Below are positions 1 to 9,489 of a stretch of 64,000 nt of DNA, piece by piece. Within the stretch, counting starts at the first letter, position 1, and every line of letters begins with the position of its first letter. Location: contig DASVHD010000036.1 of the NCBI GenBank assembly GCA_036382775.1, forward strand, positions 18,657 through 82,656, given 5' to 3'. Below the pieces are notes generated by a model. That model did no database searches. It saw nothing but the letters and a program-made list of their open reading frames with translations, and was not told where the DNA came from. Origin of the DNA: a bacterium (lineage in GTDB: Bacteria; Hydrothermota; Tepidihabitantia; SM23-42; JAOAFX01). The position numbers and the translations under genes are program-made.

Positions 1-1
1 T

Positions 2-1885
2 GATTCAGGATGGGTGGAAGTATCGACCAGCGGCGCGAACGGACCGTGGACCAAAGCCTCTCCGTCGTACCGCGGCACCAGCTCCGGCTGGATAAGAACA
101 AATGTGGACATTTCGTCAAGCACGAACACCAACCGCTTTCGCTTCAGATTCAGGTTCAAAAGCGATGGCAGCGTCGTTTACGCCGGGTGGTATATTGATT
201 CTGTGCGCGTATCGCTGGGCACGGTGACCGTGATCAATTCCTATGATTTCGAAGCGGACAACGGTGGTTTTACCGCGGACCCGCCGACCGGCGATGCAAA
301 TGAATGGCACTGCGGTAGTCCAACCTCGGGTCCGAACGCCGCTTACAGCGGATCGAATTGCTGGGCCACTGATCTGGCTGGCGATTATGAAAATAATGCC
401 GGCTGGGAGCTCAGAACACCGATGGTCGACCTGTCCGGTTTTGCCGCCGCCTCCTTGCAAGCTGCCAGCTGGTACAGTACCGAGACCGGCGCCGATCTCT
501 GCATCATCGAGGTCTCAAGCGATGGCGGTTCATCATGGAATGCCCTAAGGACTTATTCCGGGACTTCGGCAGGCTGGACCGTTGATACGCTTGATGTCAC
601 GCCTTTCATATCATCCACCTTCAAAGCGCGGTTCCGTTTCACCAGCAATTCCTCGGTCGTCTACCCGGGCTGGTACCTGGACGACGTCCGGATCGATACG
701 GTCGGCGGCTACATCGCGCAGGACCCGATAAAGATCGCCACGAACTGGATCGCACTTTACGTGTCGAACGACGCTACGACCGATGCCGGCACTTACACGG
801 CTGCCACTGAATCTGGTCACACTTACGGCGCCGATATCACGCTCCTGTACGGCGGCGAGTCGCACAATCCGTGGTCATCATATAACACGGTCCGGTCCTA
901 CCGAACGAACACCGATTACGTAACCAGGTCAAGCGGTGCCACGACCGAACCCGGGTTTACGGTCAGCCCGCTGACCAGCTATTACCGCGGCGCGAAATTT
1001 CTGGATGCCAGGACGCTCCAGCAGGACTGGCTGATCACTAACGGGCAGGATAACTTCGAACTCAGGCAGCGGTTCGGGACGCAGTTCTGGAACGATTCTT
1101 CCGGGCTGATGATATCGCTCGTTCTGGTCAACCGCGCCAGCCAGGATCGTATTTTCAGTTTTCGGTATGAATGGGACACGCACGTCGGGTCCCTGGACTC
1201 TCCTTTTCTCAGACGCTACTATTCCCTGACGCCCAACGCGTGGGAGCCGATCGAAACCAACTGGGCCGGTCTAAGCAGCCTGTGGTATACCGAAGAATCG
1301 AATGATGAACTGTCGACCCAGCGGCACTTCACTTCGGTCACTGCGCCCACGTTTTACAGTCCTCCGCCCACTTGCCCTGACTCCCTGTTCTACGTCCGCT
1401 GGGGCGGGACTTACAGCGGGTATGCCAATGCTTTCCAGGTGCCTTACCTGCAGGACGGCATAGCGGATAGCCTACCTGGATACTATGACGACTGCGTATG
1501 TTACATGTGGCTGAACCGGACACTGGCACCCCAGGATTCGGTCGTGCTGGCTCAATACCTGTTCTCACCGCTGGTTCTCGTCGGAACGCAGGAATCCAAC
1601 AGCGCGCCGGCACCATGGTCCGGTCTTGCACTCAGCTGCCCGTGCCCCCTTCGCCCTGGCCTAAAAATCGTGCTTTCCTCTGATATCTTTCGCCGCGACG
1701 CCCTGGTCACGGTCTATTCTGCCGATGGCCGGCGAGCCGCTGATATTTACCAGGGCGATCTCAAACCGGGACTGGTCATACTTTCATTGGACAACATGGG
1801 AGCTAAGTTCGCATCCGGCGTATATTTTGTCGTAGCCAAAGCCGGGGGTTGCATTGTCAGTCAAAAATTGATATACTTGAGATAG
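2..1885 (+). CDS. 5'-truncated secreted protein with repeated MAM/immune-inhibitor-A-like jelly-roll modules and a T9SS-type C-terminal sorting domain
   Basis: Frame is open from the window edge. Repeated 'RFRF.S..SV.Y.GWY.D.V' modules. C-terminus 'VYSADGR...ASGVYFVVAKAGGCIVSQKLIYLR' fits the type-A CTD pattern. Confidence 0.75.
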   Translation, partial: DSGWVEVSTSGANGPWTKASPSYRGTSSGWIRTNVDISSSTNTNRFRFRFRFKSDGSVVYAGWYIDSVRVSLGTVTVINSYDFEADNGGFTADPPTGDANEWHCGSPTSGPNAAYSGSNCWATDLAGDYENNAGWELRTPMVDLSGFAAASLQAASWYSTETGADLCIIEVSSDGGSSWNALRTYSGTSAGWTVDTLDVTPFISSTFKARFRFTSNSSVVYPGWYLDDVRIDTVGGYIAQDPIKIATNWIALYVSNDATTDAGTYTAATESGHTYGADITLLYGGESHNPWSSYNTVRSYRTNTDYVTRSSGATTEPGFTVSPLTSYYRGAKFLDARTLQQDWLITNGQDNFELRQRFGTQFWNDSSGLMISLVLVNRASQDRIFSFRYEWDTHVGSLDSPFLRRYYSLTPNAWEPIETNWAGLSSLWYTEESNDELSTQRHFTSVTAPTFYSPPPTCPDSLFYVRWGGTYSGYANAFQVPYLQDGIADSLPGYYDDCVCYMWLNRTLAPQDSVVLAQYLFSPLVLVGTQESNSAPAPWSGLALSCPCPLRPGLKIVLSSDIFRRDALVTVYSADGRRAADIYQGDLKPGLVILSLDNMGAKFASGVYFVVAKAGGCIVSQKLIYLR

Positions 1886-1930
1886 AAACCAATCCTTTGG
1901 CATCTTGCTCAAAGGATGAGGAGGATCTCA

Positions 1931-2101
1931 ATGCCCGAAAGAAGAAAGAAACCCGAACGCCGGACAAAAGATCGGCGCAAATTACTGAATGAAAATGAGT
2001 TCCGCCGTCTCATTGAGTCTGGCAAGGCGACCGCTGCCGACCATCGGAAATGGAACGAACGGCGGGGCAAGAAGAAACGAAAAAGACAGGTCGGCATATA
2101 G
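1931..2101 (+). CDS. small basic protein (56 aa) with ERR/DRR arginine repeats
   Basis: GAGGAGG at 1918-1924 precedes ATG 1931. Sequence MPERRKKPERRTKDRRK...NERR. Confidence 0.6.
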   Translation: MPERRKKPERRTKDRRKLLNENEFRRLIESGKATAADHRKWNERRGKKKRKRQVGI

Positions 2102-2166
2102 AATAATCACATGCATCCGGTGTCGGGACTATCCAGTCTTAAAACCAGGGATCAACCTTTCAAGTA

Positions 2167-2194
2167 TTGACATTGCTTGAATTTTCGATATAAT
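2167..2194 (+). promoter_or_regulatory. sigma70-type promoter TTGACA-N16-TATAAT
   Basis: Perfect hexamers, 10 nt before ATG 2205. Confidence 0.75.
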
Positions 2195-2204
2195 TCGCCA
2201 GGTT

Positions 2205-2429
2205 ATGCCAATTATAGAATTTTGGTGCGATAAATGCAATAAGAAATTCGAAGATCTGGTCTTTAAAAGAAGCGAAATACAATCGATGGGCTGCCCGGTT
2301 TGTAAGGGCACCAAAGTACGAAGGCTTTTTTCGACCTTTGGCTTCATTGGCAAAGCGGCATCAACGGGTTCATCCGCCAACTCCTGCACCAGTTGTGCAC
2401 GGCCATCATGTGCAGGGTGTGCGGGATAA
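2205..2429 (+). CDS. FmdB-family zinc-ribbon protein
   Basis: MPIIEFWCDKC..FE...CPVC...RLFSTF, with Cys-rich tail CTSC...CAGC. Confidence 0.85.
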   Translation: MPIIEFWCDKCNKKFEDLVFKRSEIQSMGCPVCKGTKVRRLFSTFGFIGKAASTGSSANSCTSCARPSCAGCAG

Positions 2430-2463
2430 AGACACATAATCATAATCATAATAAGGAGGTATC

Positions 2464-2763
2464 ATGAGAAGAGAGCTTTTGATCGAAACGATCTCCCAGA
2501 AATTCGGTTCAGTATACCCGAAGGTTGATATTGAAAAGATGATCGATATTTTTCTTGATACAATCGTCGAGATCTTGATCAGGGACAAGCGCGTTGAAAT
2601 AAGAAGATTCGGCACTTTTGAACTGAGGAAAAGACCGGGCCGCGTGGCCAAGGCTCCGAAATCCGGCAAGGATTACTCACTGCCGGACCGCTATGTACCG
2701 TTTTTCAAACCATCCAAGATCCTGAAAAAAGAACTGCTCGAAAAAGTAAAGGTAGGGACATAA
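2464..2763 (+). CDS. HU/IHF family DNA-binding protein
   Basis: VEIRRFGTFELRKRPGR...PKSG...VPFFKPSK; strong RBS AAGGAGGT. Confidence 0.9.
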   Translation: MRRELLIETISQKFGSVYPKVDIEKMIDIFLDTIVEILIRDKRVEIRRFGTFELRKRPGRVAKAPKSGKDYSLPDRYVPFFKPSKILKKELLEKVKVGT

Positions 2764-2801
2764 TCGCCGCGACAACAGTCAAATAAGGTCATGCCGTAAG
2801 G

Positions 2802-4757
2802 GTGTCTAATTCACTTATCGATCTAAATAACGAACAGCGCAAGGCAGTGAACATTGCCCGGGGCCCGATCCTTATCCTGGCCGGCGCTGGCAGCGGCAAG
2901 ACCCGCGTCATAACCTACCGCATCGCCCACCTCATATCTGAATCGGGTGTCAAACCCAAGAATATCCTGGCGGTCACGTTCACCAACAAGGCTGCCGATG
3001 AAATGAAAAACAGAATCTATAACCTGCTGACCATCGTCCCCAACGATGACCAGGGCATCTGGATACGGACCTACCATTCTTCCTGCGCGAAGATACTGCG
3101 TGGCGCCGCCAAGAGGATCGGCATAAGCCAGAATTTCTCGATCTATGACGAAAGCGACCAGCTTTCCGTGGTCAAAGAATGCTTGAAGGAACTCGACATC
3201 AATTCCAAGGAACTCAAGCCCGATTTTGTCCTGGCGATGATCAGCCGGGCAAAAGAGAATCTGGTGTCGCCCCAAGACTACGATCCAAACCTGCCCGCGC
3301 ATCTGAAAAGCGTCATCCGTTCGCTGTATACACTGTACGACAAAAAACTCATCGAATACAACGCGCTCGATTTCGATGACCTTATATTCAAGACCGTATC
3401 CCTTTTCAAAGCGGACACCGGTGTCCTCGGTTATTACCAGGACCGTTTTCAGTACATCCTGGTGGATGAGTACCAGGATACCAACCGGGCGCAGTACGCA
3501 TTCACCAACCTCCTGGCCGCGAAACACCGGAACCTCTGCGTGGTCGGCGACGATGACCAGTCGATCTATTCCTGGCGCGGGGCCGAGATCCGGAATATCC
3601 TCGATTTTGAGAAGGACTATCCCGACGCCGCGGTCATCAAACTCGAGCAGAACTATCGATCCACTAAGAACATACTCAAGGCCGCATCCGAGGTGGTCAA
3701 GAACAACAAACAGCGCAAGAAAAAGGTGCTCTGGAGCGATAGTGAGGCGGGAGAGAAGATCGAATTTTTCGAAGCTGACGACGACAACAACGAAGCCGCC
3801 TACGTTGTGCGCAAAGTGGTGGAACTCAAACTTAACGGTCATGCCCTTGGCGGCATCGCCGTTTTTTACCGTCTGAACTACCAGTCACGGATCTTCGAGG
3901 AGTTTTTCGTCCAGCACAAGATACCGTACGAGGTCATCGGTGCCCTGAAATTCTACGAACGGGCGGAGATAAAAAATATCCTGGCTTATCTGAGGGTGGT
4001 CAACAATCCCAGCGACGGCGTCAGCCTGAAACGGATCATCAACCTGCCGCTCCGCAACATTGGCAAAGAAACCATTGAAAAGGTCGTCCAGTGCCAAACC
4101 CTGAACCATACCTCGTTCTTTGACGCCCTGAAAGCTGCGGATTCGATCCCCGGCATTGGCCAGAAAACGCGCCAGAGCATAAAAGATTTTGTCGCTCTGA
4201 TGGAGATGTTCCTGAAACTGCGGACGCAGCTCAACCTTTACGAACTGGCGCTGCGCGTGGCCCGGGAATCAGGCTACCTGGACAGCCTGAACCGAGGCCA
4301 GACCGAGGAAGAATTCAACCGCCGCAAGAACGTGGAACAGCTGCTCATTTCGATCAACGATTATATCAAAACCAATCCCCAGGCCACGCTCGAGGATTAC
4401 CTGGAAGGCGTTTCGCTGCGCAACGACATCGACGACTGGCGCGGTGACGCGAACCGTGTTTCTCTCATGACGCTGCATAACGCCAAGGGTTTGGAATTCG
4501 ACACGGTCTTCATCACCGGGGTGGAAGACGGGATCATCCCTCACTACAAATCGGTAGAAGAAGACCGGTACGAGGAAGAAAGGCGTCTCATGTATGTCGG
4601 TATCACCCGCGCCAAGAAAAAACTGTTCCTGACCGCCGCCGCTCAGCGCGAGACGTACCGCGGCGGTTACATGTTCACGCGCATCTCCCCGTTTGTCGAG
4701 GAGATCCCCTCAAGCGTGTTCGCCACGTCCTACGTGCGGTCACATCAGGAAATGTAG
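2802..4757 (+). CDS. pcrA: ATP-dependent DNA helicase PcrA/UvrD
   Basis: AGAGSGKT Walker A, VDEYQD, VGDDDQSIY, LEQNYRS, TLHNAKGLEF, EERRLMYVGITRA. Confidence 0.93.
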   Translation: MSNSLIDLNNEQRKAVNIARGPILILAGAGSGKTRVITYRIAHLISESGVKPKNILAVTFTNKAADEMKNRIYNLLTIVPNDDQGIWIRTYHSSCAKILRGAAKRIGISQNFSIYDESDQLSVVKECLKELDINSKELKPDFVLAMISRAKENLVSPQDYDPNLPAHLKSVIRSLYTLYDKKLIEYNALDFDDLIFKTVSLFKADTGVLGYYQDRFQYILVDEYQDTNRAQYAFTNLLAAKHRNLCVVGDDDQSIYSWRGAEIRNILDFEKDYPDAAVIKLEQNYRSTKNILKAASEVVKNNKQRKKKVLWSDSEAGEKIEFFEADDDNNEAAYVVRKVVELKLNGHALGGIAVFYRLNYQSRIFEEFFVQHKIPYEVIGALKFYERAEIKNILAYLRVVNNPSDGVSLKRIINLPLRNIGKETIEKVVQCQTLNHTSFFDALKAADSIPGIGQKTRQSIKDFVALMEMFLKLRTQLNLYELALRVARESGYLDSLNRGQTEEEFNRRKNVEQLLISINDYIKTNPQATLEDYLEGVSLRNDIDDWRGDANRVSLMTLHNAKGLEFDTVFITGVEDGIIPHYKSVEEDRYEEERRLMYVGITRAKKKLFLTAAAQRETYRGGYMFTRISPFVEEIPSSVFATSYVRSHQEM

Positions 4758-4760
4758 ACG

Positions 4761-5924
4761 ATGGCCAGGGATCCCGTTCAATCCCGAACCCAATCGCGAT
4801 CTTTGGAAGAGATCAGAGAACTGTTCCCGATAACTAAAGATCTGGTCTATTTTGATCACGCCTCGACCGGCCCCATGACCGCGCCCGCGAGAAAGGCAAT
4901 CGAAGAATGCATTGACGTTTACACGCGCCGGGCGCAATTCGATTTCAGCGCTTATTTTTCAAAACTGGCGCGCTGCCGCCTGACCGTGGCCCGTCTGATC
5001 GGTGCCGAACCCGAGGAGATCGCATTCGTCACCAATACCTCGGAAGGCGTTTACATCGCCCTCATCAACATCCCCCTGCGCCCGGACGATAAGGTCCTGG
5101 TCATGGATGAGGTCTTTCCGACCGTGCGGTATGTCACGGACTACAATATCCCCCAGGCGCAAAAGATCTACGTACCCATGTGCGGCCGGGATCCGGTCGA
5201 TGCCCTGCACCCCCATGTCGACAACAATGTCAAAGCCGTGGTGATAGATCTGGTACAGTTCGCCACCGGTGAAATGGTGGATCTGCCCAGACTGAGTGCG
5301 TTCCTTGATGAAAACGACATATCGCTCGTGGTTGACGGCATGCAGGCGATCGGCTCGCTCAACATGAAAGTGTCTGATGCCAATATTGATTTTCTCGCTT
5401 GCGGCGCTTCAAAATGGCTGTTCTGCCCGAACGGGATCGGGTTTTTGTACGTGAACCAAAAAAAATTCGGAACGCTCAACAAGCTGCATACGGGATGGCT
5501 CGGGGCAAGCTGGAAAAGTTTTGAGGATTTCGCGGTAAATCCGCCTTTGTTCGAGGACGCCCGGATGTTCGAGCAGGGTACCAGGAATGTCATCGGCATC
5601 AGCGCGCTGAGCGCCAACTGCAAGCTGTTACACGATCAGGGTCTGGTCAATGTCGAAAACCGCATCCAGCAGGTCAAAACCGCTCTGCGCAAGGGTTTGG
5701 GAAATATGGGGTATGATATCCTGACGCCGGCTTCCGGCCGGCAGTCAGGTATTATAACGGCCCGGCCCGACCGAATGAAGCACCACGATGTCAGGCAGCT
5801 CTATGATTCGCTCAAGGACAACAAGATCGTCGTGTCATTACGCAACCAGGCGATCCGTTTTTCACCGCATTTTTACAATACCACAGAAGAGGTCAACATA
5901 ATCCTCGATATCCTGAAGAAGTAA
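4761..5924 (+). CDS. class V PLP-dependent aminotransferase-fold enzyme
   Basis: YFDHASTGP, NTSEG, VDGMQ, ASKWL (PLP lysine), IRFSPHFYNT. No cysteine-desulfurase Cys loop. Confidence 0.85.
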   Translation: MARDPVQSRTQSRSLEEIRELFPITKDLVYFDHASTGPMTAPARKAIEECIDVYTRRAQFDFSAYFSKLARCRLTVARLIGAEPEEIAFVTNTSEGVYIALINIPLRPDDKVLVMDEVFPTVRYVTDYNIPQAQKIYVPMCGRDPVDALHPHVDNNVKAVVIDLVQFATGEMVDLPRLSAFLDENDISLVVDGMQAIGSLNMKVSDANIDFLACGASKWLFCPNGIGFLYVNQKKFGTLNKLHTGWLGASWKSFEDFAVNPPLFEDARMFEQGTRNVIGISALSANCKLLHDQGLVNVENRIQQVKTALRKGLGNMGYDILTPASGRQSGIITARPDRMKHHDVRQLYDSLKDNKIVVSLRNQAIRFSPHFYNTTEEVNIILDILKK

Positions 5925-5969
5925 GTCGCGGGATCCTGCAATTACTTACGCAGGGCGATGAGCCCTGCA

Positions 5970-8900
5970 CTATTTCAGCAAAACGACCTTTTTCAACTGT
6001 TTAAAGTCACCGCTTTCAAGCGCAACGAAATATACACCAGCCGGAACCAGCCTGCCGATTTCATCGGCACCATCCCAAATGATCTGGTTAATTGGTTGAA
6101 TAGTTAAATGGCTAAATTGCTTTACCAGCCGCCCAGCTGCGTCGTATATCTTAAGTGCCGCTTGGGATTTGGAATTTGTTTGGAATTTGGTGCTTGGGAT
6201 TTGGTATTTGATAACTAGATTTTTATAAAATGGATTAGGAAAAACTGAAAAACCAAGTGCTGAAAGATCGCCTGATAGTGCATCGCCCTCACTGACCGCC
6301 GTGATATATTCGATATTCACGTTATCGATGTAAAATCCTTCCCCGATGCTGTTGGTGTCGCTTATGAACGCGATCCGGACCAGGATAGTCTCTCCCGCCG
6401 GATAGTCTGCGAGAGAATACTTCTCCTCGAACCAGTCACTTTGAATGCCGTTCAATCCCAGGGCGCCGCCCGTGCCGATAAAGTCGAGCGTGTCAGCGGT
6501 CCCCGTGCGGTTGTCGATGACAATGACGTAAATACCGTCGCTGCCGTAGAGCGGAACGCTGAACCAACGGTAGAACTTAAGCATGGAGTTCGGCTGGATC
6601 ATGAACGCGACCGACTGGATATAACAGTCCATGTCATTTATGTAAGTGCCCAGTGTTTCGCTGCCACAGTACAACGCATGGGTCGGCGAGAACGCCCTCC
6701 TTTCTGAAATGTGCCAGAGGTTGTTCGAACCAGCCGTTGTCCACTGGCCGGTGCCCGATTCCATGTCATCGGAAAAGCCGGTGTTGCCGATCAGCAATGA
6801 TATCGTATCGGCGAACTGATAATTTTCGGAATGAAAGGTTACAAGCAGACGCGCGCAGTACGATGCCGGACAAGACGCACTGACCGCGATCACGAAAGGC
6901 TGAGTCGCCGCCTTGACGCTTTCCGGATCGACTTCACCGTACCAGGAGCCGTTAACGGCAACGGTCACATAAGGATCAGACGACGTAAGCTGGGCCCATG
7001 TTGAATGGCCGTATCCATGGCCGGCGTTCTCCACATCGACATACAATGATTCCGTTTCGCCGGGCAGGGTCGGTGCAGCGGGAATATCGATCTGGTCAAT
7101 AGACAGAACCGGCGCGCCGATCATAATAGCCGGGGAAAAATCCAGCGTATCGGCGGCGGAGACCACCTGCATGTCAAACCCGACAGCATGACCGTCGGGC
7201 GCAGCCCCAATCTCGATCCCAAAAGCGTTTTCCAGCAGAAGCGAGTCCCCGGGTCCGAGATAATTGACCTGCGCCGTGCTGTCGGGGATAATGGTCAGCG
7301 GATCACTGTCGCGCAACCGCATTTCAATGTTCTGCGCTGCCGCCGTGCCGCAGTTTTTGATGCGCACTGACAGCAATATGTCTTCGCCGGGGTTCGCGAT
7401 GGAGTCGCTATTCCCGAACATGTCATTCAGGACCCAGCCCTGGAAGTTTACATAACTGCCACTCGCGACGGGCACGGTATGCTCCGCGCAAAGATAGTTA
7501 TGCGCGGTCACGGTCAGGTCAAAACTGCCCGCGGATGCCGGGGTCGCAAAAAGGTATACCTGCCCCTGCGCGTCAGTGAAATCATAAGCGTAGGATTCAG
7601 AGCCTTTCATCAGGCACACGAGCGCGCCTGCCACGGGCAGGCCGCTATTGGCGTCGCGGACCGAAATCAGGATCGTACTGGAACCCAGGGGAATAGTTTG
7701 GGGATGATATACGATCGTAGATTCGGGCATGCTGGACCAGACCGGCAGTTCCGGGTCGCCCAGCAGATTAAGCTCGTACTGATGCCAGCGGTACACGTTC
7801 TTTTCGCGCGAGAACGGGATGTAATGGGCCTTGGCCAAGCTCAGCGCCTGTCCCAGATGCCAGTGATCTTCATTGAACAACGAATGGAAGAACCGGGTGT
7901 CAAAACGGTCCGAATAGCCGAACCCGGGGTTGCCCGGTGAACCCCACCCATAACTGGAATTGCCGATATAAGCCACTCCCCCGCCAGACGGGCTGTTCAC
8001 GTATGCTTCCGCCACGCAGGCATAATCGAATGCCGCGGTCCAGCAGCCGATCGAATAAAGGATACCGTTGTACGGATCATTGGTGATCGTGTCGAAGTCT
8101 GCGATATAGATGCGGTTGGGCCAGCCGCCGACCGATATCAGGTCGATCCAGCCGTGACCGTCATGGTTGAACAACCCCTGCCCATCCCGGATCGCGGTCA
8201 TGACGCTTTCTTTGGTCTCATTGCCCAGGCTCTGGTAGAGCTTGGTCAGTTGAAAATCCGGAGGAAAAGATTCCTCGCCGATCTTATTTTTATGCACACC
8301 CTGATCAGTATAGGGATCGGTCCACAGGACCTCGGCCGTGAACAATGCTTTGTCCAGATAACCAGTCGCCGGATCGCGCTCGTAAGTGAGGACTTTATCT
8401 ACGAACCGCTGCGCCTGGGCGATCGTACTCACCGGGGCGCGGCCGACATACAAATCCGGATACAAATCGATGTTGTCCTCGATCTCGCCGTAAGAACCGT
8501 CATTATCCAAGTCCCAGTCACCTTGCAGGTCCGCATAATAGAGATCGCACGGCAAAGTGTCCTCGCGTCCCGGCGCAAAACCCGCGCTGCAGGTCATTGC
8601 GAACGCGAAGCGGCACGGGATGAACGCCGTGTCGCCGCCGAGCAGTACGTATTCAACGCTGGAATCCGGCAGGGTTTTGATGTAATTTCGGATCCTGGCC
8701 GCGTTATCTTCGCCTGGATAATTGGTTACGATCCAATCTTTTGTGCGCACGCACGCGCGCATGCCTTTCTTTGTCTTCCAATCGGCAATTCGCTGAAAAA
8801 CCGTATCCAGCGGCGGATTCGTGATGATCACATAACGATATTCGCCCCGGTCCCGGGTCGCCGCATAACCCGGGATATTGCTGCTGTTGTAGGCAAGGCT

Positions 8901-9437
8901 TTTACCCATGGTACCCCGGGCGGGCACAGCCGTACCACCCTCATAGTTGACTTCGAACCTGACCATAGAATGGAATACCAGTTTTCCGGACCTGGGGCGG
9001 TACTGAACCGGGTAGATCATTAGCTCCAGCATCAGCTGACCGTCGCAGATACCGGACCCGGTCACATTAATGGCCTGCGCCGGAAAGGGATCGTTGGAAA
9101 AATAGATCTGCGCGTCCGGAACTGCATTGACCACACGGTTGACCGAAAGGATCATGGGCGGACGGCAGCACATGACCCGGTATATGCCGGGCAGCTCATG
9201 AGAATCCAACGACGTTACGATGACATCTTTGACCACGGCGCCGGCAGGTAAAGCGATCATGACGCTCCTTGCCGGCAGCTCGGGAGCACCAACCTGGTCC
9301 GTGATATCGAGACCCTGATATCTTACCTTGACCAATGTATCTGTCCGGTCAACGCTGATCATGGACTCATCAAAACGCATCTCGCCGGTATAGGTATTCC
9401 CCAGGATCACCAGTCCGATCATCGCAATGCACGTCAT
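5970..9437 (-). CDS. gingipain-like C25 cysteine peptidase (propeptide, catalytic and Ig-like domains) with T9SS/FlgD-type CTD
   Basis: GAPELP propeptide, YVLLGGD, DLYYA, VGRAPV, HDGHG (His) and SIGCW (Cys) dyad, LLGDPEL, C-terminal FPNPF...IYDAAGRLV...WDG..GVYF...KVVLLK. Confidence 0.9.
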   Translation of the reverse strand: MTCIAMIGLVILGNTYTGEMRFDESMISVDRTDTLVKVRYQGLDITDQVGAPELPARSVMIALPAGAVVKDVIVTSLDSHELPGIYRVMCCRPPMILSVNRVVNAVPDAQIYFSNDPFPAQAINVTGSGICDGQLMLELMIYPVQYRPRSGKLVFHSMVRFEVNYEGGTAVPARGTMGKSLAYNSSNIPGYAATRDRGEYRYVIITNPPLDTVFQRIADWKTKKGMRACVRTKDWIVTNYPGEDNAARIRNYIKTLPDSSVEYVLLGGDTAFIPCRFAFAMTCSAGFAPGREDTLPCDLYYADLQGDWDLDNDGSYGEIEDNIDLYPDLYVGRAPVSTIAQAQRFVDKVLTYERDPATGYLDKALFTAEVLWTDPYTDQGVHKNKIGEESFPPDFQLTKLYQSLGNETKESVMTAIRDGQGLFNHDGHGWIDLISVGGWPNRIYIADFDTITNDPYNGILYSIGCWTAAFDYACVAEAYVNSPSGGGVAYIGNSSYGWGSPGNPGFGYSDRFDTRFFHSLFNEDHWHLGQALSLAKAHYIPFSREKNVYRWHQYELNLLGDPELPVWSSMPESTIVYHPQTIPLGSSTILISVRDANSGLPVAGALVCLMKGSESYAYDFTDAQGQVYLFATPASAGSFDLTVTAHNYLCAEHTVPVASGSYVNFQGWVLNDMFGNSDSIANPGEDILLSVRIKNCGTAAAQNIEMRLRDSDPLTIIPDSTAQVNYLGPGDSLLLENAFGIEIGAAPDGHAVGFDMQVVSAADTLDFSPAIMIGAPVLSIDQIDIPAAPTLPGETESLYVDVENAGHGYGHSTWAQLTSSDPYVTVAVNGSWYGEVDPESVKAATQPFVIAVSASCPASYCARLLVTFHSENYQFADTISLLIGNTGFSDDMESGTGQWTTAGSNNLWHISERRAFSPTHALYCGSETLGTYINDMDCYIQSVAFMIQPNSMLKFYRWFSVPLYGSDGIYVIVIDNRTGTADTLDFIGTGGALGLNGIQSDWFEEKYSLADYPAGETILVRIAFISDTNSIGEGFYIDNVNIEYITAVSEGDALSGDLSALGFSVFPNPFYKNLVIKYQIPSTKFQTNSKSQAALKIYDAAGRLVKQFSHLTIQPINQIIWDGADEIGRLVPAGVYFVALESGDFKQLKKVVLLK
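6085..6210. repeat. in-frame 8-bp (TGGTTAAT-like, ~5 units) and 7-bp (TTGGRAT-like, ~6 units) tandem repeats inside the CTD coding region
   Basis: tggttaat tggttgaa tagttaaa tggctaaa; ttgggat ttggaat ... ttggaat ttggtgc ttgggat ttggtat. Confidence 0.7.
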
Positions 9438-9489
9438 TGGTTATCCCCCTTGGTTATCATTCCGTTTATGTTATACTCCGGTCGATCGT

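Noticed and set aside
4761-5924. Cysteine desulfurase (iscS/sufS) call
   Set aside because: The catalytic Cys loop is absent, so only the class V fold is supported.
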